The notes beneath the pieces are model-generated. The model was given only the letters and a program-made list of their open reading frames with translations, had not been told where the DNA came from and ran no database searches. This document shows positions 49,844 through 59,258 of a DNA stretch of 64,000 nt, piece by piece. Position 1 is the stretch's first letter. Every line of letters begins with the position of its first letter. Position numbers and translations under genes: made by a program. The stretch is from Promethearchaeota archaeon (lineage in GTDB: Archaea; Asgardarchaeota; Lokiarchaeia; Sigyniarchaeales; SOKP01). The stretch is from assembly GCA_016839705.1 (NCBI GenBank), contig JAEOTR010000016.1, forward strand, positions 54,819 to 118,818. Direction: 5' to 3'.

Positions 49844-50320
49844 ATGGCTTCCTACCGATTGATTTTTGGAATACTAATGGGAATTATTTTGAGCTTTTTA
49901 AGTGTGTTTTTTTTCAATATGGAAATTATTTTTAATCAAATCGAGAGTACTGCTGATTCTAATCCATTAAAGGCAATCGCATTGCTTATAGGAGCAAATT
50001 TTAAGTTTGATATTTTAGCTTTTTTTTCTGGATCTTCGGCTTTTTTAGTTGCTCAACTTCTTGCATGGCTTTTTATCGGATATATCGGTGGAACAATAGC
50101 TAAGGGATTCCGAAGAGGTATTATCGTAGGTTTATTAATAGTTGTTATAGATATATTATTGTGGATTATTTTTAACATAGTATCCGGTGAAGATTTAATG
50201 GCATTATTCAGCGTGCAATTATCTGAAACTTTGGGTGGAATTATAAGCGCACTCTTAGGAGCATTTATAGGAGGCTTAATTGGTGGGATAATTAGTGGTC
50301 CTTATGAAGAGTTCTATTAG
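49844..50320 (+). CDS. Hypothetical 4-TM membrane protein, Gly-rich C-terminal helix
   Basis: Four hydrophobic segments; no recognised family motif. Confidence 0.6.
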   Translation: MASYRLIFGILMGIILSFLSVFFFNMEIIFNQIESTADSNPLKAIALLIGANFKFDILAFFSGSSAFLVAQLLAWLFIGYIGGTIAKGFRRGIIVGLLIVVIDILLWIIFNIVSGEDLMALFSVQLSETLGGIISALLGAFIGGLIGGIISGPYEEFY

Positions 50321-50455
50321 GCTGTTATATTTGATACTCAAGTTTTCTTATCACAAATTTTAATCAATTAACACCATATTTTTAATAATTAGGTTTAAGT
50401 CATTGAGTATTTTCTAATAATAACAATAACCTTTTCAAATTAAATATCAAGAATA

Positions 50456-50992
50456 ATGTCTAAGAAAGAAGAAATTTTACCAGATCGGGAATTTGCTTTA
50501 AACTTGCTTAGAATGTTAAATATACAGCATTCTATTAGACAACATTCTGAAAAAGTTGCTGGTAAAGCTTTGGAGATTGCAAATACAATAACTAAAGCTA
50601 AAGTCGATAAGAATTTAATTGAAATAGGATCAATTTTGCATGATATTGGGAGAACAAAAACACATGGATTTGATCATGCATTAAAAGGTGGAAAAATATT
50701 AAGACAAAGAGGATTTTCTGAAAAACTTGCTAGGATTTGTGAGACACATATTTTAGGTGGTTTAGATAAAGAAGATGCTAAAGAATTTGGTTTACCTGAA
50801 AAGGAATACTTGCCAATAACTGTAGAAGAAAAAATTATATGTTTAGCAGATAAATTAATAGCCGGAACAAAAGAAGTTTCATTAGAGGAACGATTTGACC
50901 GGTGGTTTTCTAAATATGGAAGATCTCCTATTCTCCTCAAATCAAAAAGAAGAATTGAAAAAATCCAAAATGAGCTAGAAAATTTAATGTAA
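50456..50992 (+). CDS. HD (HDIG) domain metal-dependent phosphohydrolase
   Basis: HS-x2-V, LHDIGR, HA-x2-G, THI and EEKIICLADK. Confidence 0.88.
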   Translation: MSKKEEILPDREFALNLLRMLNIQHSIRQHSEKVAGKALEIANTITKAKVDKNLIEIGSILHDIGRTKTHGFDHALKGGKILRQRGFSEKLARICETHILGGLDKEDAKEFGLPEKEYLPITVEEKIICLADKLIAGTKEVSLEERFDRWFSKYGRSPILLKSKRRIEKIQNELENLM

Positions 50993-51006
50993 TTAGGATA
51001 ATTTTT

Positions 51007-51498
51007 TTATACCTTCTTTTTTAATTGATTTAAGATACCCCCATATTCTAAAATTTTTGTTAAAAATTCTGGTAATTTATTGAACTCCATCTTGTAGTTT
51101 TTAGTTTTGTTAATAATTTCACCCTTTTCTAACACTATTTCTATATAATCACCACGGGAAAAAGATTTTTCATCCCAAATTAATTGAATTGCGGGTATAC
51201 CTAAATTGATTAAATTCCGAAAATAAATTCGAGCAAAAGACTTTGCAATAATTGCTTTAATACCAAGGATTTTAAATACATTTACGGCCTCCTCTCTAGA
51301 ACTGCCTGTCCCAAAATTTTCACCTGCAATTATTATATTATACTTCTTAACTTTTTCAACGAAATCTGCATCAATATATTTTAGGGTATATTTGGCCATT
51401 TCATTAGTGTCTCTAATTGTTAACGCGTTACTAGGCACAATATCATCTGTATTAATATCATCTCCTAAAAGATACACATTTCCTTCAATTTTATTCAT
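51007..51498 (-). CDS. leuD: 3-isopropylmalate dehydratase/homoaconitase small subunit
   Basis: GDDINTDDI, GENFGTGSSRE and SFARIYFRN. Confidence 0.85.
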   Translation of the reverse strand: MNKIEGNVYLLGDDINTDDIVPSNALTIRDTNEMAKYTLKYIDADFVEKVKKYNIIIAGENFGTGSSREEAVNVFKILGIKAIIAKSFARIYFRNLINLGIPAIQLIWDEKSFSRGDYIEIVLEKGEIINKTKNYKMEFNKLPEFLTKILEYGGILNQLKKKV

Positions 51499-51501
51499 TG
51501 A

Positions 51502-52767
51502 TTATAAAACCTCCCGAGGATCTGTTATTTCTCCTTTTAACGCAGAAGCAACAACTGTTGCGGGTGACGCTAAGTAAACTTGAGATTTTGGGGAGCCCAT
51601 TCTGCCAGTAAAATTTCGATTAGAACTACTAATACATATTTCTTCAGGTCCAAGAACACCCAAATGGCCACCGATACAAGGACCACAGGTAGAATGCCCA
51701 ACAACCGCTCCCGAATTTATAAACACTTCAATTAATCCTTCTTTTAAGGCTTTTTTGTATATCTCTTTAGAAGCGGGAATAATAATCAATCGCACTTTTG
51801 GGGCTATAGTTTTTCCTTTTAGAATTTTGGCAGCTACACGGAAATCTTCCATTCTACCATTTGTACAACTGCCTAGAAATGCCTGATCTATTTTAATTCC
51901 TTCTACTTCTTCAATGCTTGCAAGATTGCCAGGATTGGATGGTTTTGCCACAACAGGAGTAATCTCTGATAGGTCATAATCGAAGTTTTTCTCATAGACA
52001 GCATCATTATCAGGATGTACAAACTCAAATGGCTCGTTAGTTCTTCTTTTTACCCAACTTTTCAACTTATTATCTGGCAAAAATACCCCAAATTTTGCAC
52101 CTGCTTCTACCACCATATTTGCGATAGTCATACGCCCATCTATAGATAACTCATTCGCACCGTTTCCATGGAACTCAAGAGATTTATAAATCGCCCCTTT
52201 AGTGGATATATCTCCTATAATTTTTAAAATTATATCTTTTGACATTACACCAGTAGATAGATTTCCTTCAAGGTTTATCTTAAAAGTTTCAGGTACTTTA
52301 AACCATAGTTTTCCAGTAACAAATACAACGGAAACATCAGTAGCACCAATACCCGTAGATAAACAATTAAAAGCGCCATATGTAGTGGTATGGCTATCTG
52401 ATCCTACTATTAACATACCAGGACGAGAAAATCCCATCTCCGGTAAAACTTGATGACAAATTCCTTTATCAAGTTGATATCCATAATTATGAACAAATTT
52501 GTACTTTTCGGCAAAATTTCTCGCATCTTGATGCATTTCAGCAGCAGAAATAGTTGGTGCAGGTACCCAATGATCTAAGATGAAAAAAATCTTATTTGGA
52601 TCCCACACATAGTCAATTGCCAGTTTTTCATACTCTTTATGTATTCTCCCTCCTAATTGCTCATGAACCATTATCATATCAATTTCACAATTAATAAATT
52701 GTCCGGGAGAAATTTCTTTAAGGTTTGAATGATTTAGAAGTATTTTTTCAGCAATTGTATAACTCAG
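51502..52767 (-). CDS. leuC: 3-isopropylmalate dehydratase/homoaconitase large subunit; probable CTG start at 52767
   Basis: DH, GICHQ, DSHTTTYGA, GSCTNGR, CGPC-x-G and NRNFTGRMG. An upstream in-frame extension (L)SYTIAEKILLNHS...PGQFI matches the usual family N-terminus. Confidence 0.85.
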   Translation of the reverse strand: MSYTIAEKILLNHSNLKEISPGQFINCEIDMIMVHEQLGGRIHKEYEKLAIDYVWDPNKIFFILDHWVPAPTISAAEMHQDARNFAEKYKFVHNYGYQLDKGICHQVLPEMGFSRPGMLIVGSDSHTTTYGAFNCLSTGIGATDVSVVFVTGKLWFKVPETFKINLEGNLSTGVMSKDIILKIIGDISTKGAIYKSLEFHGNGANELSIDGRMTIANMVVEAGAKFGVFLPDNKLKSWVKRRTNEPFEFVHPDNDAVYEKNFDYDLSEITPVVAKPSNPGNLASIEEVEGIKIDQAFLGSCTNGRMEDFRVAAKILKGKTIAPKVRLIIIPASKEIYKKALKEGLIEVFINSGAVVGHSTCGPCIGGHLGVLGPEEICISSSNRNFTGRMGSPKSQVYLASPATVVASALKGEITDPREVL

Positions 52768-54053
52768 CTATCTTCACCTTCAATTTGTTCATTTTTACAT
52801 AAAATTTTATAATCTTTATCTAATAATATTAATGCTTTTCGAACTATTAAATAAGCTTCTAATAAGACTTCTGGGTCAACTTTATCTGGTGTGTCAAATT
52901 TGCTATGGGTAAATTTTGCTCCTGCTCTCGTAATGAGATCGATAGAATAAAAACCTCTTTGATGAAATGGGACAGAGTCAGTATGTGCTCCAACGGTTGA
53001 ATGAAATCCTTTTACATTTACACCTTCTTCTAATGCTGCTTTATTCATATAGTTACTGAGCAAAGGAGCTATTATCTTTCTTGGGTAAATCCCATATGAT
53101 TTAAAAAATTCGACTTGATTATTCAATCGATCTTTACATGAAATCATTTCTAAATTTATTTGAAATGTGTTCCCTTTAGTATACTTGTCTTCATGGTTAT
53201 TCACAAAAATCCTTGATCCCATTGTTCCTAATTCTTCAGCTGAAAATTGACAGAACCAAAGGTTAAAATTCTTAGTAGGGTTTTTTCGGAAATGTCTACT
53301 TAATTCAAAAACAATTGCCATCCCTGTAGCATTATCCAATGCTCCTGGGGAATTGTTATTAGTGTTAAGAAATAATAAAAAGAGATTTGATAGTGATACC
53401 ATAATTGTAAATACCCAAATTCCAGTACTGACAATAATGAAATTTAATTTTAAGGGCGTATAAATATGGATGATCAAAACAAATAAGAACCCGCCAAGAA
53501 AAATCCCGCTGTATAACCAAACTCGATAAAGAAGGACCCTCCAATAAGTTCGAAATGTTTGAGATTTGGAATCTAAGTGCCCTGAGATGATTATATTTCC
53601 AGCATCCTCTTGAGATAGATTATTGGCAGGAACTTTTACAAATATATTTGTTGCATCTCTCGTTTTTCCGTAATATTCTCCCCAAAAACCAGGATTCTCT
53701 GGATGCTTTAATCCCTTAATAATTAATAAAACAACGATGGTCATTACTCCGACTATTAACATAGCAATAGTGAAATTGACATAGATAAACATTAAGAGAA
53801 ATAAGGAAAATGTTAAATTAATAACCATTATTAATTTAACCAATGTTGTTGAGTAGAAATCGGAAAACTCAAATGGTTCTTTTTGTATTTGGGTAGATTC
53901 AAATCCTATTTCTTGAAATGTCTTGATAGTGAGTTTAACAGCCTCTTTCTCTCCCTCTGTTCCCGCTAAACGAGGAAAGCTAAATTTGTTTACTAAATTC
54001 GATAACCTTTCGAAATTTTCACTCTTATTCTGACTTGAACTCTCTTGCTTCAA
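52764..54053 (-). CDS. M28 family metallopeptidase with internal TM segments
   Basis: PRLAGTEGE, GHLDSK, PGALDNATG, AEELG, NLE, TDSVPF and HSKFDT. Confidence 0.82.
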   Translation of the reverse strand: MKQESSSQNKSENFERLSNLVNKFSFPRLAGTEGEKEAVKLTIKTFQEIGFESTQIQKEPFEFSDFYSTTLVKLIMVINLTFSLFLLMFIYVNFTIAMLIVGVMTIVVLLIIKGLKHPENPGFWGEYYGKTRDATNIFVKVPANNLSQEDAGNIIISGHLDSKSQTFRTYWRVLLYRVWLYSGIFLGGFLFVLIIHIYTPLKLNFIIVSTGIWVFTIMVSLSNLFLLFLNTNNNSPGALDNATGMAIVFELSRHFRKNPTKNFNLWFCQFSAEELGTMGSRIFVNNHEDKYTKGNTFQINLEMISCKDRLNNQVEFFKSYGIYPRKIIAPLLSNYMNKAALEEGVNVKGFHSTVGAHTDSVPFHQRGFYSIDLITRAGAKFTHSKFDTPDKVDPEVLLEAYLIVRKALILLDKDYKILCKNEQIEGEDS

Positions 54054-54149
54054 TTTTAATCGAGGTTTTTGCGCTTATTTTAATAAAACTTTTCCAATAC
54101 TTATAGTAATTAGATTTATTTATGGATTTTTATTTAAATTTATAATCTT

Positions 54150-54752
54150 TCACAAGTTTCTTAGGTTATCCAAAACAATCTTTTGGATCTTCTCTTGGAC
54201 TAATTCTATAATATCATCAGAACTAATAGTGTAATAATCTTCTTGCTTAGCACGAGTTAGATAAAGGTTTCTCACTTTTTCAAGAAATTCAAAGTCTTCA
54301 AATTTTTCTAGCTGTTCTTCATTTTTACGAGCTAAAGCAATTTTAGGATCAACATCTAAAATTATTGTTAGATCAGGTTGTCCTACAAATTTATTTAGCT
54401 GTTTTATCCATTCAATAGAAATATTTTCTGATTGAATAGATTGATATATTATAGATGATTCTAAATAACGATCTGAGATTACAATATATCCTTCATCTAG
54501 TTTTATCTTTATTTCATTATGATAATGAAGATCCCTATCCGCAGCAAATAATAAGGCATCGGTGGAGGGAGGAATTTCTTTGTTTTTCAAGAATTTTCTT
54601 AAAATTTTTCCTATTTCACTTTTTGAGGGTTCGTGAGTTAAATATACCTTAAAGCCTTTATACTCTAAAAACCCTTTTAAAAGTTGACTATGTGTGCTAG
54701 TTCCAGATCCATCCCCACCATCTAAAACTATAAAATAAGCCTTATGTGTCAA
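54150..54752 (-). CDS. tmk: Thymidylate kinase
   Basis: DGGDGSGTST P-loop variant, THEP, LLFAADR, SDRY-x2-SS-x2-YQ and PDLTIILD. Confidence 0.9.
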   Translation of the reverse strand: MTHKAYFIVLDGGDGSGTSTHSQLLKGFLEYKGFKVYLTHEPSKSEIGKILRKFLKNKEIPPSTDALLFAADRDLHYHNEIKIKLDEGYIVISDRYLESSIIYQSIQSENISIEWIKQLNKFVGQPDLTIILDVDPKIALARKNEEQLEKFEDFEFLEKVRNLYLTRAKQEDYYTISSDDIIELVQEKIQKIVLDNLRNL

Positions 54753-54956
54753 AGTGATTTGTATTCAATAAATAATTAATATTTCAAGAGAATATGAATC
54801 ATAAGTAATTATTAATTTTAATGTTAATTAACTCAACATGGGAACAACTAACAATTAGAGTATTATAGAGCATTTAAATCCAAAAAAATATCAGTCTACC
54901 AAAAAGATTAAAATGATTGAATATTTTAAACAAAAATAAATTAACCAAATCTGAAA

Positions 54957-55304
54957 ATGTCAACTAGTAATCCTACCGCCTTTTGTCCGCGTTGCAATCA
55001 ACAAGTTTTATTAGCCCGTAAACAATTTGACACCTGTCTAGCGATAGTATTATTAGTTTTTACAGTAATTGGCTTTTTTATCTATCTGGCTGTCTATTAT
55101 AGTAATACTGAAGACAGATGCGTGCATTGTGGCACACAAATCACTTTCTCACAATCAGCCGTACAATATCAAACACCTCAAGCTCAATATCAAACATCTC
55201 AAGTACCACCTGCTTCAAGTACGCTTAATTACTGCCCATTATGTGGGGAAAAATTAGACACTCAAGTAAAGTTCTGTCCAAATTGTGGTGGCAAAATAAT
55301 ATAG
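54957..55304 (+). CDS. LITAF-like (CxxC-hydrophobic-CxxC) protein with C-terminal double zinc ribbon
   Basis: CPRC...LAIVLLVFTVIGFFIYLAVYY...CVHCG, then a Q/S/P linker and CPLCG...CPNCG. Confidence 0.65.
   Translation: MSTSNPTAFCPRCNQQVLLARKQFDTCLAIVLLVFTVIGFFIYLAVYYSNTEDRCVHCGTQITFSQSAVQYQTPQAQYQTSQVPPASSTLNYCPLCGEKLDTQVKFCPNCGGKII
55164..55205 (+). repeat. Imperfect 21-bp tandem duplication (QYQTPQA/QYQTSQV)
   Basis: caatatcaaacacctcaagct followed by caatatcaaacatctcaagta. Confidence 0.75.
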
Positions 55305-55449
55305 GATTTAATTTTAAGTGATATTTTGCTTTTTAGCCATTATCCCTCAAGTACCAAGAAAATATTCCTTTCAAAAATTGGACTCGAGATCTTTTTAGTA
55401 TCCTTTTTCTTTTCATTGAATTAACTAATAAGAAAAAAAAGGTAAAAAA

Positions 55450-55824
55450 ATGTCATTAATGTATTGTCCGAAATGTAAAATGAATGTCGAGACAAAAAAA
55501 GAGGATTTTAGAGTCGGTTTAGCCATAATACTAATTATATTTACGGGAGGTCTTGGATTACTGATATATGTTGCTATATATCTAGATAAAAACAATAATC
55601 GTTGTATTCATTGTAATAGTGTTTGCAATGCTCAGCTAGTTAACAATCAATCAAATTCAAATTACCGATTGATTAGTAGTTCTAATCAGATATCAAGTCA
55701 AAAGGCTGTAGTACAGACTCAATTAGTTGAGGGTCCCATTAAATATTGTTTTAGTTGTGGTGTTGAGCTAGATCCGAGAGAAGAAGCTAAATTTTGCAGA
55801 TTTTGTGGGACTAATATTAATTAA
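55450..55824 (+). CDS. Second LITAF-like plus double zinc ribbon protein (tandem paralog)
   Basis: CPKC...LAIILIIFTGGLGLLIYVAIY...CIHC, then an N/S/Q linker and CFSCG...CRFCG. Confidence 0.65.
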   Translation: MSLMYCPKCKMNVETKKEDFRVGLAIILIIFTGGLGLLIYVAIYLDKNNNRCIHCNSVCNAQLVNNQSNSNYRLISSSNQISSQKAVVQTQLVEGPIKYCFSCGVELDPREEAKFCRFCGTNIN

Positions 55825-55887
55825 ATTTAAATCTCTTTTTATTCTTTTTTTAAACTTCTTGAACTTAACAATTAGGATTAATGTTTT

Positions 55888-57093
55888 TCACTTTTTTAAA
55901 TTGTCTTTAATTGATTTTAAAATTGTAGATTCAACAGGTGTGCACCCTTTTATAAATGTTCCATTCTCTTCTAAATTAGAGGTACAATTTCCAATGAGAA
56001 AAGTATCTGAGTAAAGATCTGATTGTTTTATCCCCTTACCTATTGCTAAATTCAGGGGATTTTCAGGAGTGAAATTTTCATCAATAAATTTTTTATTATT
56101 TTTTAGTAAATTAAATACTGTTGATAAACAAGCGGAACATGAATCAATATCAATAAGATTAACATTTTTATATTTTATCGTAATTGAAGTTGGGGGGGGT
56201 TCTAATGGATTTAAAAATTGATCTATATTTTGAGGTATGGTTTTAATATCATCTTGCGTTTTTGGCATGCCTTGTATTGATTCTGAGATTAATTTTAAAT
56301 GGGGAACTTCCTTTAGAGTCCACTCTGGCTGCGTCAATGCAAGAGCTATGATGTCTGCTGCAAGAAAGTTTGTTGATGCAATTATAGTGTCCATCCTTAC
56401 ACAATTCCCCGAAGATGGGCCCATTCCTTCTTGGACATAAGATGCGTCTATAATAACTAAGTTAGGTTTTATTATATGTGCAAGATCTGCTATGGCTACA
56501 TCTAATTCCTTGACGTTTTCCATTGTATTTTTAATTTGGTTTATTAAGTCAGAATTTTGGAGGTGATGCAAAGAAATTTTCTCCCTCCTATAAATTAATC
56601 CTTTTAAGTTTTTGAAGCTTAAGGAGGCACCAGTATGCATATGCATTTTAAGTACAGGGATTGATATGATATAATCAATATCGTTCCAGTAACCTGATAA
56701 TTTTATTTCTTTTAACAGTTTACCTTTGGGGATCTTCTTTAGGGTTGGGGGGCGTTCATCTAAATCTAAGAAACTAAGTTCTCTCTCTCCTAATAACTTA
56801 GAGTAACCTGAATTTTTGAATGCGGTTTGGGAATTAGTATTAATGATTGGAGAATCACCTATAAAAAATTTAGCGTTATATCGTTCCTTTATGTAAGTAT
56901 AAACTGCGGATACCACATCAGGGTTTGTATTAATACCTGATCGCGGTTCGGCATCTCTTCCGACATTAGGTTTTAACAGAACGTTCTTCCCCGTCATATC
57001 TGGGATGTTAAGGTTATCAAGACATGATATTACTGCTTCATGAATATTCTTATTTCGAGCTAGTGAAACAACCGGTATATCTTCTTTTAGCAT
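55888..57093 (-). CDS. DUF362 family protein with C-terminal Cys cluster
   Basis: LLKPN, TNPDV, P-x-LKMH, SFKNLKG, IDA-x4-EGMGP and CSAC...GNCT...GCTP. Confidence 0.78.
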   Translation of the reverse strand: MLKEDIPVVSLARNKNIHEAVISCLDNLNIPDMTGKNVLLKPNVGRDAEPRSGINTNPDVVSAVYTYIKERYNAKFFIGDSPIINTNSQTAFKNSGYSKLLGERELSFLDLDERPPTLKKIPKGKLLKEIKLSGYWNDIDYIISIPVLKMHMHTGASLSFKNLKGLIYRREKISLHHLQNSDLINQIKNTMENVKELDVAIADLAHIIKPNLVIIDASYVQEGMGPSSGNCVRMDTIIASTNFLAADIIALALTQPEWTLKEVPHLKLISESIQGMPKTQDDIKTIPQNIDQFLNPLEPPPTSITIKYKNVNLIDIDSCSACLSTVFNLLKNNKKFIDENFTPENPLNLAIGKGIKQSDLYSDTFLIGNCTSNLEENGTFIKGCTPVESTILKSIKDNLKK

Positions 57094-57962
57094 TATTTTA
57101 TCCCCAAAAACTCAATAATCTTCTTCTTCATTAGACTTCTATTAGGTCTATGATTTGTCCACCATTCAAACGCTAATATTCCTTGATTAACAAGCATATC
57201 TAACCCCCCTAGTGTTTGACATCCAATTTCTGCTGCTTCCTTCATCAATCTTGTCTCTAGGGGATTATAAACAACATCAAATACAAAAAGATCTCCATGG
57301 AGCGAATTTTTTATTATGGGACTTTCTTCTACATTTGGATACATCCCAATCGGGGTTGCATTGATAAGAATATCTGCTTTCTTCAAGCCTTCGTTAATAT
57401 TTTTATCATTACTTATTTTTCCTTCAACATCTGCATTCATATTTTCTTCTATTTCATTAGCGATTGAAATTGCTCTTTCTTTAATCAAATCGGTTAATGT
57501 TATATGATTGGCTTCTTCTGCCATAATATAAGCCAAAGACCTAGCAACACCACCTGATCCTAAAAAAAAAATATTCTTTCCAGATACATTACAACCCGCA
57601 TCTATAAGAGCCTTTTTAGCACCGCTTGCATCAGTATTTCTTGCTTTTAAAATTCCTTCTTCGTTTTTTATTGTATTTATCGCTCCTATTTTTAATGCAA
57701 TTGGATCAATTTCGTCTAAGTGTTTAATGACAGTTTCCTTATGAGGTATTGTGACATTAATTCCTTTAATATCTAAAGCTCTTATACCTTTGATGGCTTT
57801 TTCAAGTTCATTTGGGTGAACATCAAAAGCTAAGTACACGTAATCAAGTCCTAATTCGTGAAGGGCAGGATTCCACATTATAGGAGACATACTATGTTCT
57901 ATAGGATGCCCTATAACACAAAAAATCTTGGTTTTTGAAGTAATAAGTTTATCAGATGACAT
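57093..57962 (-). CDS. aroE: Shikimate dehydrogenase
   Basis: GHPIEHSMSP, NVTIPHK, GAINT, NTD, GSGGVAR, NATPIGM and GLDMLVNQG. Confidence 0.93.
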   Translation of the reverse strand: MSSDKLITSKTKIFCVIGHPIEHSMSPIMWNPALHELGLDYVYLAFDVHPNELEKAIKGIRALDIKGINVTIPHKETVIKHLDEIDPIALKIGAINTIKNEEGILKARNTDASGAKKALIDAGCNVSGKNIFFLGSGGVARSLAYIMAEEANHITLTDLIKERAISIANEIEENMNADVEGKISNDKNINEGLKKADILINATPIGMYPNVEESPIIKNSLHGDLFVFDVVYNPLETRLMKEAAEIGCQTLGGLDMLVNQGILAFEWWTNHRPNRSLMKKKIIEFLGIK

Positions 57963-58067
57963 CCTTAAAGCAGAAGTTTTATATTTTATTTAATAATATG
58001 TTTAAGAAAAAATGTAATATATAATTATTTAGCTAATATCAAGGAACAATAGGAGGAAAATAAGAAG

Positions 58068-58634
58068 ATGAGTAAAATATCTTTAAGCCCGGGATACTCC
58101 ACTTTCCCTATGCCAGCAGCAGTTATTTCTGTGGGTACAGGAGATGAAGCCAATTTAATTACTCTTGCCTATGTTGGAAAAGTGTGCTCAAAACCACCAA
58201 TTATTGCTATATCTATACAACCGATACGTCACTCTTATCATATAATAGAAAAACTTGGAGAATTTGTAATCAATTACCCAACCATCAATCAGTTAAGAGA
58301 AATGGATTATTGTGGTACGAGATCTGGGAGAAATGTGAATAAATGGAAAGAGTTAAATTTAACAAAAGAAAAAGCATCAGTTGTAAGTGTGCCTTTAGTA
58401 AAGGAATTCCCTTGGAATATGGAATGCAAGGTTGTTAATAGAATAGAACTTGGTACTCATGTATGTTATTTTGGGGAAGTGGTGGCGGTTCATTCTGATG
58501 AAGAGTATGTTAAAAATGGTTCACTGGATCCTGACAAATTTAATTTTTTCGCTTATATTTCAGGTATCTATATTGCTTTGAATAAAGGAGCAATAGAAAG
58601 GCATGGATTTTCATTATCAAAACCTTTAGAATGA
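58068..58634 (+). CDS. Flavin reductase-like (flavoredoxin) FMN-binding protein
   Basis: PMPA, NLIT, RHSY, EFVIN, CGTRSGR and ECKV...GTH...GEV. Confidence 0.82.
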   Translation: MSKISLSPGYSTFPMPAAVISVGTGDEANLITLAYVGKVCSKPPIIAISIQPIRHSYHIIEKLGEFVINYPTINQLREMDYCGTRSGRNVNKWKELNLTKEKASVVSVPLVKEFPWNMECKVVNRIELGTHVCYFGEVVAVHSDEEYVKNGSLDPDKFNFFAYISGIYIALNKGAIERHGFSLSKPLE

Positions 58635-58647
58635 TCTCTATAATTAT

Positions 58648-59202
58648 TTGAATAATAAAGTTAGAAGAATTATGTCTAAAAGTAATATCGCGCTAATTGG
58701 GTTTATGGCAACAGGGAAAACTACAGTAGGGAAGGCACTGGTAGATTATCTAGGAAGCCCATACTCCTTCATTGAAACAGACCAAATAATAATAGAGAAT
58801 GTTGGAAAGGATATCCCAAAGATTTTTGCAGAAGAAGGTGAAAATAAATTTCGGGAATATGAAATATCTGCATGTAAACAAGTTTCCTTATTAAAAAATG
58901 TTGTGATTTCATGCGGGGGTGGCGTTGTGTTAAACAAGGTAAATATTGATAATCTAAAGAAGAATTGCTATATTATGTTATTAAAAGCATCGACCCAAGA
59001 GATATACACTAGAGCTATGAAGGATGGAAAGGAAACTAGACCTATTATTAATAAAGAAGATCCCAAAAGTGAAATAGAGGATGTTCTAAAATTCCGGAAT
59101 CCCTTATACAATAGTGCTGCAGATTTTGTTATTGAAACAACTGGTAAGAAAATTAGTGATATTGTTATAGAGATTGTTAAAAAAACCCATCTAAAAACCT
59201 AA
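58648..59202 (+). CDS. aroK: Shikimate kinase, bacterial NMP-kinase type
   Basis: IGFMATGKTTVG, GE-x2-FREYE, SCGGG, RP and R-x-PLY. Confidence 0.9.
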   Translation: MNNKVRRIMSKSNIALIGFMATGKTTVGKALVDYLGSPYSFIETDQIIIENVGKDIPKIFAEEGENKFREYEISACKQVSLLKNVVISCGGGVVLNKVNIDNLKKNCYIMLLKASTQEIYTRAMKDGKETRPIINKEDPKSEIEDVLKFRNPLYNSAADFVIETTGKKISDIVIEIVKKTHLKT

Positions 59203-59258
59203 ATTTAAATTTATAAAGCCTACTAATATTGTATAAAACATGGTTAAGAGTAAAGATT

